Shown in pieces: positions 31,776 through 40,348 of a DNA stretch of 42,861 nt. The translations under genes were made by a program, and so were the position numbers. The notes below the pieces were generated by a model. That model did no database searches and was not told the origin of the DNA. It was given only the letters and a program-made list of their open reading frames with translations. This stretch comes from Oscillospiraceae bacterium (GTDB taxonomy: Bacteria > Bacillota_I > Bacilli_A > RFN20 > CAG-826): contig CAVIPP010000002.1 in the NCBI GenBank assembly GCA_963644615.1, positions 1 through 42,861 on the forward strand, given 5' to 3'. Position 1 is the first letter of the stretch, and each line of letters begins with the position of its first letter.

Positions 31776-33071
31776 TTAGTGCAAATACATATTAAAAAGT
31801 AATTCAAATTGCTGTCAATTGACTATAAATAAATTATTCTCTGCGCGAGTCATTGCGACATAAGCAATATTCAAGTCCTCTCGACAACTAATGGTTGTAT
31901 CAATAACTATTACATTTTTATATTCAAGACCTTTCGCTTGATGAACAGTAGAACATTCATAATAGCCTTGATCATTAATCCATTTTACTTGTTTATTAGT
32001 TCGACATAAAATCATAGGACGACTTGCCATAAAATCTTTAAAAGAACTTAAAGTATCTACTTTATGCTCCAAACCATTCTCTATCTTGATATTTCTCCCG
32101 TAAGGATTAATTATTGTAACTGTGCCACCATTCCCTCTCGCGCATGTAATCGAAGAAGGACGACTTCACATTATTTCGCTAATATAACAATTTTCTTCTA
32201 ATTCAGCTCGCTCTTTTAACGACAAATAAACGGTAACCGCGTAATCAATAATTTCTTGATAGCTTCTATAATTACAAGCCAATTTATATTCAGCAAAATC
32301 TTCTGTTTTTTGAAATACTTCACCATCAGCTCCACGGAAACAGAAAATACTTTGCCAAGCGTCACCGACAAAGAATTTTTTATTACTATTGACCTTTTGA
32401 AATATCTCAAACTGCACACTGTCAACATCTTGATATTCGTCAACGAAAAGGGCATCAATATTATTTATGCTTTCATCAAAAGTAGTTAATACATTATATA
32501 AATATAGAGGATAGTCTGTAAAATCATATAATACATTATCTCTTTTGTATTTAATATAGCGAGTTTCAAGTGCTAAAAGGGTTCTTCTAAAACTATCTTT
32601 AATATCCATATTCTTATTCCCCATAATAAAGTTATAAAGAATATCAATATTAACATGTTTTATTTTTGAATGAACTGTATAATCATTAACGATTTCTTGC
32701 AAAATATCTTTTATAACAGCCTCTTGAAGAATAGTTATCTTAAAGTTATATTTAATTGAGAAATCATATAAAAGCGTACGCGCTCAAACATGGATAGTGG
32801 TCACCTCAACATCATATATACCCATATCTTCTAGTCTCTTCTGCATCTCTTCACGTGCAGCTCGAGTGTAAGTGATCGCGCAGATGCGGTCGTTTATATA
32901 GTTATATCTATAATTAGCTATTGCATTTATAAGACTTGACGTCTTACCTGAACCGGCAGGAGCGCGTAATAAAATATTCTCCTTAGTAGAGGTGACAACG
33001 TCATATTGAGTTTTATCTAATTTTTCTAAATGTAATTCAAAATTATTCGCTTTATTAATTAAGTTCCCCAT
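31776..33071 (-). CDS. UvrD/PcrA-like SF1 helicase (431 aa)
   Basis: Three track fragments (32784..33071, 32166..32702, 31815..32072) share one frame and are joined by 3 TGA. Motifs APAGSGKT, DEYQD, YRS and VHQAKGLEY are present. Stop is TAA 31776. Confidence 0.8.
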
Positions 33072-33597
33072 TATGCTTATCCTTTAATTCTTGTAATTGT
33101 TCTTCATACTCTTCCTTAATTTTATCAAGATGAGGATCTGTTTTAATATATCTTGATAGGAATTTCGCAGCAGCAGAACAATTATGTAATGCCATTTTAC
33201 TATCTTCATTAGTATACATATTGTTAACCATTTTAGTCAATTTTTCTTCTCCTGCTACTAATTCTTTTATTTTATTTAAAAAATTGTCTTGATATGGCAT
33301 ATCTTCGTCGAGGTCTTGAAAATTAAAAACGATATCAAAACTATATTTCTTATCCATGTTTCCTATAATAATTAAGTCTTCGTCTTTATTTGCCGCCTCA
33401 TAAAGTTTTTGCGCGCATAAAATTGAATCAAAAATGGCATATTCAAAAGAAGGTACAATTTTAGTTGCCACTATATAGTTCATAAAAGATGGCATACAAA
33501 AAGTATTTTTCTTTATGTCTTCTGGTAAGTTCTTATAAATACCAATATCCATAAAGGAACTTTGTTCTGCCAGAGGCATTAAAACTAATATCTTCAT
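33055..33597 (-). CDS. Hypothetical protein (180 aa)
   Basis: AAAGGAG RBS; overlaps the helicase start by 17 nt; no TGA. Confidence 0.6.
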   Translation of the reverse strand: MKILVLMPLAEQSSFMDIGIYKNLPEDIKKNTFCMPSFMNYIVATKIVPSFEYAIFDSILCAQKLYEAANKDEDLIIIGNMDKKYSFDIVFNFQDLDEDMPYQDNFLNKIKELVAGEEKLTKMVNNMYTNEDSKMALHNCSAAAKFLSRYIKTDPHLDKIKEEYEEQLQELKDKHNGELN

Positions 33598-33609
33598 AAA
33601 TGAACTCCT

Positions 33610-34077
33610 TTAAATTTCTAATTTTTTGCGGGCTTTCACGGCCAAGAGGTCGACATAATTATTTCAGGTATTATTACTATGCGATTGAACTTTTACGACT
33701 TCAAGGTTTACATTCTTTTTAAGTTTAATAAATAAAGCCACAATACGCTTCCATAAATCTTGATTTTTTACTTCTTGTCTATCTGCGGTCTTTCATCCAT
33801 TCTTCATTCAAGTTAAATACCAACCTTGATTAAAGGCATTAGAGATATAAGCGCTATCAGTATATATAATAACCTTTGTTTGTGTTGTTTCTATTGTATC
33901 TGCATTTTCAAGAGCAGAAAGAATTGCAGTTAACTCCATTCTATTATTCGTAGAATAAGGTTCATAACCGCTCTGTTCGTCGATAATCATATTGTCTTCA
34001 AGACAAATCGCGGCTCAACCACCCATTTCAGTTTTAGATGAGTAAGCACCATCAACATAAAATTCTAGTTTACGCAT
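33610..34077 (-). CDS. rnhA: Ribonuclease HI
   Basis: MRKLEFYVDGAY...NNRMEL...IYTDS...NNYVDLLA covers the DEDD catalytic set. 4 in-frame TGA. GWYLT-TGA-MKNG-TGA-KTADRQEVKNQDLWKRI aligns with E. coli [28 protein letters not shown], so two TGA fall on conserved Trp. Confidence 0.85.
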
Positions 34078-34576
34078 TGTGAACCTCCAATTCATCCGCG
34101 GAATGAATAAATTCTTTTTCATCTACTATTGTTTTTTCATCGCAAAGCATAAAAATTAAATCTTTATATTTTATTGTTAAATTAAAAATATCATTAATGG
34201 TTTGATAATTAGACGCTTTTTTAATCAATGAAAAACTTGTTTTTAAACATTTTAACTTTTCAGGGGCATCTAACCTATAATCTGATGAACGACGTTCTTG
34301 CTTCGACATCATGCGGAAAAATTCTCCGCATGCCACATTAACAAAGCCAAGAAAGAAATTGCAATCGTCTTCGTTCGCGACAGAAGAATCGCTATCAAGT
34401 TCTAATTCGTAACTAACCGCAAGAGCATTGTGTTTAATCATGCGCGAAAAAATGTCGTCGCAAAGCTTTTTTAATTCAAAAACCGCCGCTTCAGTATTAA
34501 TCCCGGTGCAGTATGATTCCGTGGCGTAATTAAATTCTTTGACTATTTTAAAGTTCTTAAAATCTGCAAATAACAT
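34070..34576 (-). CDS. Hypothetical protein (168 aa)
   Basis: AGGAG RBS. ATG 34576 overlaps the TAA of the upstream exonuclease gene. I consider the track's upstream extension to 34636 spurious. Confidence 0.6.
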   Translation of the reverse strand: MLFADFKNFKIVKEFNYATESYCTGINTEAAVFELKKLCDDIFSRMIKHNALAVSYELELDSDSSVANEDDCNFFLGFVNVACGEFFRMMSKQERRSSDYRLDAPEKLKCLKTSFSLIKKASNYQTINDIFNLTIKYKDLIFMLCDEKTIVDEKEFIHSADELEVHNA

Positions 34577-35163
34577 TATTTTTTCTCCTGTTCTTCGATT
34601 TTCTTCAGATAAGTATAAACAGCCACTTCTCCTCACACATCATTATAAGCGTTATGAGCATGATGAATATAATAACCGCACTCATTGCAAAGATCAGTGA
34701 GCGTTAATTGTTCTTTGCGCTTTAAAATCTTACGAGCATTTTCAAAAGTGCAATACCCGTCTATCGGTTTATTATTTGTAAAATTAAGATTTAAGCCGTT
34801 TTCAACCAATACTAAGCGGTCGTTTTTAAGGCCATGACTAATAACTAATATATCTTCTTTATTTATATCTTTCAAGAAATCTTCCTCTACTGACAGAATT
34901 AAATCCTTTAATGGAACGCCATTTTCTGTTAAAAAATTAGTAGTAATAGAAGTATATTCAGCAAATGGATAACAAACTTTTTCAGTTACATATTCATTGC
35001 AACTGCGCATTAATTGATAAGTATCGGTATCAATTCATTTGAAAAGAAGTCCCGCAAACTGCACGAGATGATTATTAGTTTCATCTTTAGTCTTATTATT
35101 AAAAAACTCTAAATCAATAAATAAAAGATAAAGATGATTTTCATTATAACATTTAATAATCAT
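34576..35163 (-). CDS. DEDDh 3'-5' exonuclease (second copy in the window)
   Basis: ATG 35163; LLFIDLEF (Exo I) and HHAHNAYNDV (Exo III). 2 in-frame TGA, at ~35048 (position read by eye) and 34633. Reading through the TGA at 34633 ends at TAA 34576-34578, which overlaps the next ATG as TAATG. Confidence 0.75.
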
Positions 35164-35189
35164 TTATCATTTTTCCTTTCATATATAAT

Positions 35190-35218
35190 ACTATAATCGC
35201 CTAATTTTGTTTTGTCAA
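35190..35218 (-). promoter_or_regulatory. Sigma-70 promoter
   Basis: Minus strand: TTGACA (35213-35218), 17-nt spacer, TATAGT (35190-35195). Confidence 0.6.
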
Positions 35219-35234
35219 CAAAGAGAATTATAAA

Positions 35235-35252
35235 AAGAGCCAGATGGCTCTT
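35235..35252 (-). terminator. Intrinsic terminator
   Basis: aagagcc / ggctctt stem with 4-nt loop; T-run follows on the minus strand. Confidence 0.55.
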
Positions 35253-35278
35253 ATCTCAGTAGTTATTAGTTTTATTTA

Positions 35279-35545
35279 TTAAAATTTAAAAGTGTCAAAA
35301 ATCCAATCAAAAATAGAACAATTTGAATTGGTAAAAGTAGTATGATAACTACCGTAATCTTTTAAGAACGCATCTAACAATTTTTTATAGTTATTAAATG
35401 CTTCTTCAACTTCTTTTGCACGAGCGCTTCTTTGTTCACGTTTAGCCTTTTCTTCTGCTTCGTGTTTTACTAACGTTAATTCCGCGTTCTTTAAATCTTT
35501 CTCGTTATCATAAAGTTTACGAGTTTTTTCAGAATAATACTTCAT
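35279..35545 (-). CDS. Small coiled-coil hypothetical protein
   Basis: 88-aa ORF bracketed by its own promoter and terminator. Confidence 0.6.
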   Translation of the reverse strand: MKYYSEKTRKLYDNEKDLKNAELTLVKHEAEEKAKREQRSARAKEVEEAFNNYKKLLDAFLKDYGSYHTTFTNSNCSIFDWIFDTFKF

Positions 35546-35625
35546 ACTTTTCTAACCTCCGTATGTTTTTAGCAATCCTTTTTGCTTTAAGTATTGACCT
35601 GAGACACATCAATCTTAATAATTAT

Positions 35626-35654
35626 ATTATAAAAAAAGTTCTTGATTTTGTCAA
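35626..35654 (-). promoter_or_regulatory. Consensus sigma-70 promoter whose -35 lies inside the upstream terminator stem
   Basis: Minus strand: TTGACA (35649-35654), 17-nt spacer, TATAAT (35626-35631). Confidence 0.6.
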
Positions 35655-35659
35655 GAACT
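35637..35659 (-). terminator. Intrinsic terminator after the lipoprotein gene
   Basis: agttcttga (35637-35645), loop ttttg, tcaagaact (35651-35659); a 7-nt T-run follows on the minus strand. Confidence 0.7.
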
Positions 35660-35669
35660 CTTATTAGCG

Positions 35670-36275
35670 TTATTTAATAAATTCAATAGACCATATATAA
35701 ACGCGTTTATTAGAAGTAAAAGTGAAGTTATCTGTTCCTTCAAAGGTATAAACTACTTCTTCTCCTTGTCCTTCTGCGTTATATGGCGATAATTTGGAAT
35801 CTCCATTAATGGCTAAGCTGTTGCTATTGGTAGGATAAGTATCTGATAAAGCATAGAAATCGTGAGTAACTACTTTACATTGAGTAAATTTTTCTACAGT
35901 TGTAAAATTTACAACTCCTTCTGCTTTTGCAGTTCCCATCTTAACTAATCCATATTCTTTTTGATGACAACCACCTGTCCCAGCATTAGAATAAACATTA
36001 GTATATTCTCCAAGTGTTAACCAGTCTGCTGAGAATGCATTCTCAACGGTTGAATTTTCATCAAGAGTTGTGAAATCTAATTTGTATTCAGCAGGTGTAA
36101 CAGATGTAGTGGTTGAATCACCACTTGATGTGTTAGTAGAATCGGCAGAACTAGTAGAACCCGTGTCAACAGGAACCGTAGGGCTAGTAACGTCTCCACT
36201 ACTTGTGTTGCTACAAGCGGCCAAACCGCAAGTAAGCGTTGCGCCAATAATGGCAAGTGACCAAAATTTTTTCAT
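35670..36275 (-). CDS. Secreted lipoprotein
   Basis: MKKFWSLAIIGATLTCGLAAC contains the lipobox LAAC; a Ser/Thr-rich linker follows. No TGA. Confidence 0.8.
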   Translation of the reverse strand: MKKFWSLAIIGATLTCGLAACSNTSSGDVTSPTVPVDTGSTSSADSTNTSSGDSTTTSVTPAEYKLDFTTLDENSTVENAFSADWLTLGEYTNVYSNAGTGGCHQKEYGLVKMGTAKAEGVVNFTTVEKFTQCKVVTHDFYALSDTYPTNSNSLAINGDSKLSPYNAEGQGEEVVYTFEGTDNFTFTSNKRVYIWSIEFIK

Positions 36276-36301
36276 AAAATCTCCCGTCCTTAAAGGACTT
36301 T

Positions 36302-36396
36302 TGGCAGGGGTGACAGGAATCGAACCCGTTCGAGCCCGGGTTGGAACCGGGTCGGCGGTTTTGAAGACCGCTGTGCAGCCACTACACTACACCCCT
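36302..36396 (-). tRNA. Opal-decoding tRNA (anticodon UCA), tRNA-Trp-like, with an atypical 25-nt extra arm
   Basis: Minus-strand sequence: AGGGGTG TA GTGT AGTGGCT GCAC A GCGGT CT-TCA-AA ACCGC [CGA CCCGG TTCCAAC CCGGG C TCG A] ACGGG TTCGATT CCTGT CACCCCT G CCA. The acceptor stem is 7 bp with A1:U72, the discriminator is G73, and CCA is encoded. The T-loop is TTCGATT and the anticodon loop is CU-UCA-AA. Acceptor and anticodon arms closely resemble E. coli tRNA-Trp as I recall it (AGGGGCG..., CCGGUCUCCAAAACCGG). Confidence 0.9.
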
Positions 36397-36745
36397 ATCT
36401 TGTTTTATGATAGTGCTTGATTTTGCGTCTCGCGATGGTTGTTTTACGAGCGTATGGTATAAGACTAATATTATAACCATGCGGTTGCAAGGTATTTAAT
36501 TTTAGAATCCAGTAACGTTCCTGGTCATTAAGTTTAGCGATGGGACAAAATTCAAGCACATCAAAACGAAATCCATGGTTGTCTTTATTTCAGTCGGCTT
36601 GCATTAGTTTATTTTCATGACAACCTTTTCTTAATGCTGTAAAATGTTCTTTTTTACGATGATAAACATTTTTACTTTGACCGACATAAATCTTGCCGGT
36701 TTTTAGATTTGTTATTTTATAGATACCAGCAAGAGATAAAGTCAT
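36395..36745 (-). CDS. Free-standing GIY-YIG endonuclease (116 aa)
   Basis: GIYKITNLKTGKIYVGQS...R..H...LRKGCHENKLMQAD-TGA-NKDNHGFRFDVLE...ERYWI...GYN. It has one in-frame TGA, at the aromatic position of the L-x-x-x-(F/W)-N-K motif. The TAG stop (36395-36397) overlaps the first nucleotide of the tRNA. Confidence 0.85.
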
Positions 36746-36747
36746 AA

Positions 36748-37029
36748 CTAATGATTTAGTTTAATTACAACGGTCCAGGTTTCTGGTCTTACAATTTCAC
36801 CGCTTTTATTAATTTTACCTTGTTTATACTTCTTACTATGTGCGGAACACATTGGATTTGCAACAGAAGCATTGATTTTTTCATCGGCTTCTTGTTCATC
36901 TTCAAAAATGTAAGTTTCTTTTGTTTCGGTAACAATTAAATGTCCACAAGTATCATCTTCTGTCTTTACTTCAAACTTTGTTAGATTATTTAATGTGGCA
37001 ACATAACCTGATAGATCTTCTAATCTCAT
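36748..37029 (-). CDS. Hypothetical protein (93 aa)
   Basis: First ORF after a consensus promoter; no TGA; stop is TAG. Confidence 0.6.
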   Translation of the reverse strand: MRLEDLSGYVATLNNLTKFEVKTEDDTCGHLIVTETKETYIFEDEQEADEKINASVANPMCSAHSKKYKQGKINKSGEIVRPETWTVVIKLNH

Positions 37030-37058
37030 ATTATCTTTTTCCTTTCATCATATATAAT

Positions 37059-37087
37059 ATTATATGATATTTAATTTAACTTGTCAA
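37059..37087 (-). promoter_or_regulatory. Consensus sigma-70 promoter driving 36748..37029, the GIY-YIG gene, the tRNA and the lipoprotein gene
   Basis: Minus strand: TTGACA (37082-37087), 17-nt spacer, TATAAT (37059-37064). Confidence 0.65.
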
Positions 37088-37684
37088 TTATTTACAAGGC
37101 TTCAAACCGTACTTTTTTTGCATAAACTCTAAAAATCATGTTTCAATATCTTCTGTTTTTAGTCCTCATGCGCTTAAACCGCGGGGATATTTAATACCAG
37201 ATACTGATGTAATTTGACGAATATGTCTGACATTTACGTGCAACATTATTCCGCAACAAGAAAAATAAAGTCCTGGTCATGCCAAATTTTCGCTATGAGT
37301 GCCAAACTTAAAGTATTTATCATCTTTATTATGAACTAACATATCATGATGCAATTCTGTCAATTCATGCCCAAGTTGTACATCAACATTGCGCTCATGA
37401 AGTTTTGCAGATAAGAAGTTTCATCAATTAATAAAGAAATTATCCTTTTCAGTAGAGTAGTGATAAATAATAATATCACCTTTTTGCATAACTACACAAC
37501 CACCTGGCACAATCAAAGGCAAACGGGAAATGTGCATACGATTCATTACATTAATATTATATTTCTTTTGTGGACTATTGCCATGGAAAGCATATTCCTT
37601 ATCTAATACAATATAATATGTGTCTTGCGGTTTTCCATGGGTAAGCATTTTAACGCCATCATCTATGCTAATTTTCTTTAACAT
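37088..37684 (-). CDS. Hypothetical protein (198 aa)
   Basis: ATG 37684 lies 1 nt after the dUTPase TAA. I translated it: 5 in-frame TGA, including the tandem pair at 37421-37426, and TAA at 37088. The track ORF 37424..37747 is its N-terminal part with a spurious upstream extension. Confidence 0.65.
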
Positions 37685-37685
37685 A

Positions 37686-38174
37686 TTATTTACCTGAACT
37701 GCCCAATTTTCCCGCACCGCGTTCAGTATCAGTAGACCATTCTTCATTAGAACACTCTCTACTTTCTACTGTTGGCATCTCGACAGGAATAAGCTGAGCA
37801 ATAGCTTTGCATGCTGGATAATAAAAAACTTTAAGGGCTTCATCAAAATAAGGTTTATCCATTGCACGCGTAATAACAACTGGGTAATCGTTGTCATTTT
37901 TAATGCAAATAAAAATAGTTCCTCTGTAATCTTTATCAATAACTCCGCAATGGACATGCATTCCGCGAGAACCTGTTGAACCTCGATCAAATGCCATTAA
38001 CCAATAGTTCCCCTCAATTACAACTCCTAAACCAGTGGAAAAAAGGAATTGGCTATGTGGTTCTAAGCGGACAAAATCTTCAATTGTATATACATCATAT
38101 CCTGCGGCATCTTCTTTCTTCGTTGGAATAACCGCATTAGACTTAAATTTAAACCATTTTAATTTACAATCCAT
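37686..38174 (-). CDS. dut: dUTPase (trimeric dUTPase/dCTP-deaminase fold)
   Basis: AAGYDV, GSTGSRG, GVIDKDYRG and C-terminal ERGAGKLGSSG motifs. No TGA. Confidence 0.85.
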   Translation of the reverse strand: MDCKLKWFKFKSNAVIPTKKEDAAGYDVYTIEDFVRLEPHSQFLFSTGLGVVIEGNYWLMAFDRGSTGSRGMHVHCGVIDKDYRGTIFICIKNDNDYPVVITRAMDKPYFDEALKVFYYPACKAIAQLIPVEMPTVESRECSNEEWSTDTERGAGKLGSSGK

Positions 38175-38770
38175 TATAAATCTCCTTTAAAAGTATCATT
38201 TATTACTAATTCTTCATCTTTATAATTCTCTTTAATAAAGTTTAATACTCATTCTTCTACTTGTCAAGATTTTATATCCCAATTAGATAAACCGGAAGGA
38301 ATCTTTCAAGAAGGTTTTGTGCTACAAAACTTTGCACGCCACTTGTTGTCTGTGATAGAGACATGCATAAATGAGAGATTACGACCGTCAACTAAGCGGA
38401 TTTTTGCGCACCCAGCTACTTTATACTTTCCATCAATTAAAATATCATTATCTTTATTACAAGCATTGATGCCTTTTTCTTTTAGTTTTTCAATTAAATA
38501 ATCATTTAATCTAGTATTAAAATGTTCATTAGAAGGTCGAATGGCAACAATAGCAAAATCATTTCTTGAGAATAATATTGGACCTCCTTCACGAGGATAA
38601 TATCAAGTAGGAATTTTTAATACTTCACAGGCGATATCATTTACATATCCTTCCTTTCCTACACTTAATAAAGTTTTTTGATGTATGCCGCATAAAAAAC
38701 CGCACTCTGAGGTGTTAATCCAGGTGTCAAGTTGTTTTATAACTCCTTCAAAAGTATCTTTAATAATCAT
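38174..38770 (-). CDS. Lipoate/biotin protein-ligase-family (LplA/BPL-like) domain protein (198 aa)
   Basis: AAAGGAG RBS and ATG 38770; 4 in-frame TGA. NDILIDGKYKVAGCA resembles the LplA/BirA NDLLxxGKKIxG motif. Its TAA overlaps the dut ATG (TAATG). Confidence 0.5.
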
Positions 38771-38868
38771 AAATTATTACTCCTTTAATAAACAGCAATC
38801 TGAGATAAATCTGATGTCAATCAGATAGATGCATCTTCTTCGCGAACAGAATGCGCAACAGGAAGCTT

Positions 38869-40290
38869 TTTACCTTGAAAAACCGCCACTTTGTTGTCAC
38901 GATAGGCTAATTTTTTATCATGTCGTTCATTATCTTCTAATTCTCATTGTGAGTTCTTGTAATTATTTATAGTATAAGATATCATCGGTCCATAAAATTC
39001 AGTTCATCTGTTAGTAACGAAACTAGCCGTTATATCTTGTTTACGATAAAGGTCATGTATTTTTTTAGATAATGTTGGTCTCATTTCGTTAGGATAAACT
39101 AATTTTATTTCACTTGCGGTCATTACAAGGCTTTGTGCAGTATATTCTGGTGTATTTTTAGTCGCTTCAACGAAGAAGTCATGAAAAATTCTAGTGGCTC
39201 ATTGTTTAACCTTTGTTTGAACTCCTGAATCTGATGAGCTGATCGCCGCAGTAGGAGTTTGATTTCATCATTTTGCACTTGGAATGCCACTTGCCTTTAA
39301 ATCAACTAATTGAGAAAAGCTTAAAGTAAGTGCGCGACCACTAGTAAAAGTATTTTTAGTAAAAAGTTCATTAATATATTTATTTATATCTGTTGTAGTA
39401 GGATGCTGACTTGCGTACATTCTTATTCGATAACTAAAACTATCTGTGATGGTTTTGGCAATAGTATCTTGAATACCATTAACTCGTCTTAAAACTAAAT
39501 TCATCGTTGGAACATTTATTTTAAGATACTTTTTTAATTCTTTACTAAATTCAACTCATGCTCCTGTTTGAGTTTGAGGGTCTCAAAACCATTTTGTTGT
39601 TTGCTCTCCAATAAATTCCCTTCAAGTTTTCTTTGTAGACTTCTTTAGATTAGCAGAAAACATCTTTTGTAAGTCTTGCCAATAAGAACTATTTTTTAAT
39701 CATTGCGCAAAAAATTGATCGATATTGCTTTGTAATTTTCCTAATTGTAAATCTATATAATCTAAAACTCTTAATGCTTCGGCAGGAGTAAAAGATCTTT
39801 GTAATATTAAAGTATCCGGAGCGCTGGCCAGACATCAACCATAATATTGACCACCCATTTCAGCATTAACTACCTTAAAACCTTGTTGTCTTGAAGCATA
39901 GGCTATATGTAATATTTCTGCGGCATCGAGCTTCATTAGTTCGTCATAAACAAAATCCTGTTCTATTTCATTTACTATTGCATTATTCTTTGTGTTCTTA
40001 GTTGTCAAAGGAGAAACACGTTTACCATAGGGTCTCAAATTCTTAAAAAACTCTTTATAAGTCTGTTCATCAAAACCATAATTAGGTTCTGTATATATCT
40101 TAAAAGATATTTCATTTAAGTTATGACTACGAATGGCCTTTAATAAATCAGGCTCACTGGTATCTTGTCCTGTATTTTTATAGGCAGCATAAATATGCGT
40201 GCGAACACGACTAAAAGAATCATTATCTGATGCGGCCGACTGCCCAATATAACATTTATTCCCGATTGTAATATAATATATATATTTCAT
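38869..40290 (-). CDS. GIY-YIG nuclease domain fused to a ~320-aa domain of unknown function (473 aa if TGA is sense)
   Basis: KYIYYITIGNKCYIGQS...AEILHIAYA...VVNAEMGG form a complete GIY-YIG domain that ends at TGA 39835. I translated onward in the same frame, through track ORF 39268..39504: 10 in-frame TGA and no TAA/TAG until 38869. No RBS or ATG supports a separate downstream gene. Confidence 0.7.
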
Positions 40291-40313
40291 ACTTTACCTT
40301 TTATTATAGTAAT

Positions 40314-40340
40314 AAAAAAGTAGAAGAGCAAATCTTCTAC
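40314..40340 (-). terminator. Intrinsic terminator directly after the structured RNA
   Basis: gtagaaga (40320-40327), 5-nt loop, tcttctac (40333-40340); a 6-nt T-run follows on the minus strand. Confidence 0.7.
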
Positions 40341-40348
40341 TTTCGGTA

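Noticed and set aside
36302-36396. tRNA-Sec / selenocysteine interpretation (UCA anticodon, long extra arm, G73)
   Set aside because: The acceptor/T architecture is 7/5, not 8/5, and the D-arm is ordinary. About 95 TGA across 20 genes cannot all be SECIS-directed. Two TGA align with conserved Trp in RNase HI, and the acceptor and anticodon arms look like tRNA-Trp.
36070-36420. Track ORF 36070..36420(+) overlapping the lipoprotein gene and the tRNA
   Set aside because: It is antisense to a lipobox lipoprotein and reads straight through the tRNA gene; an artefact.
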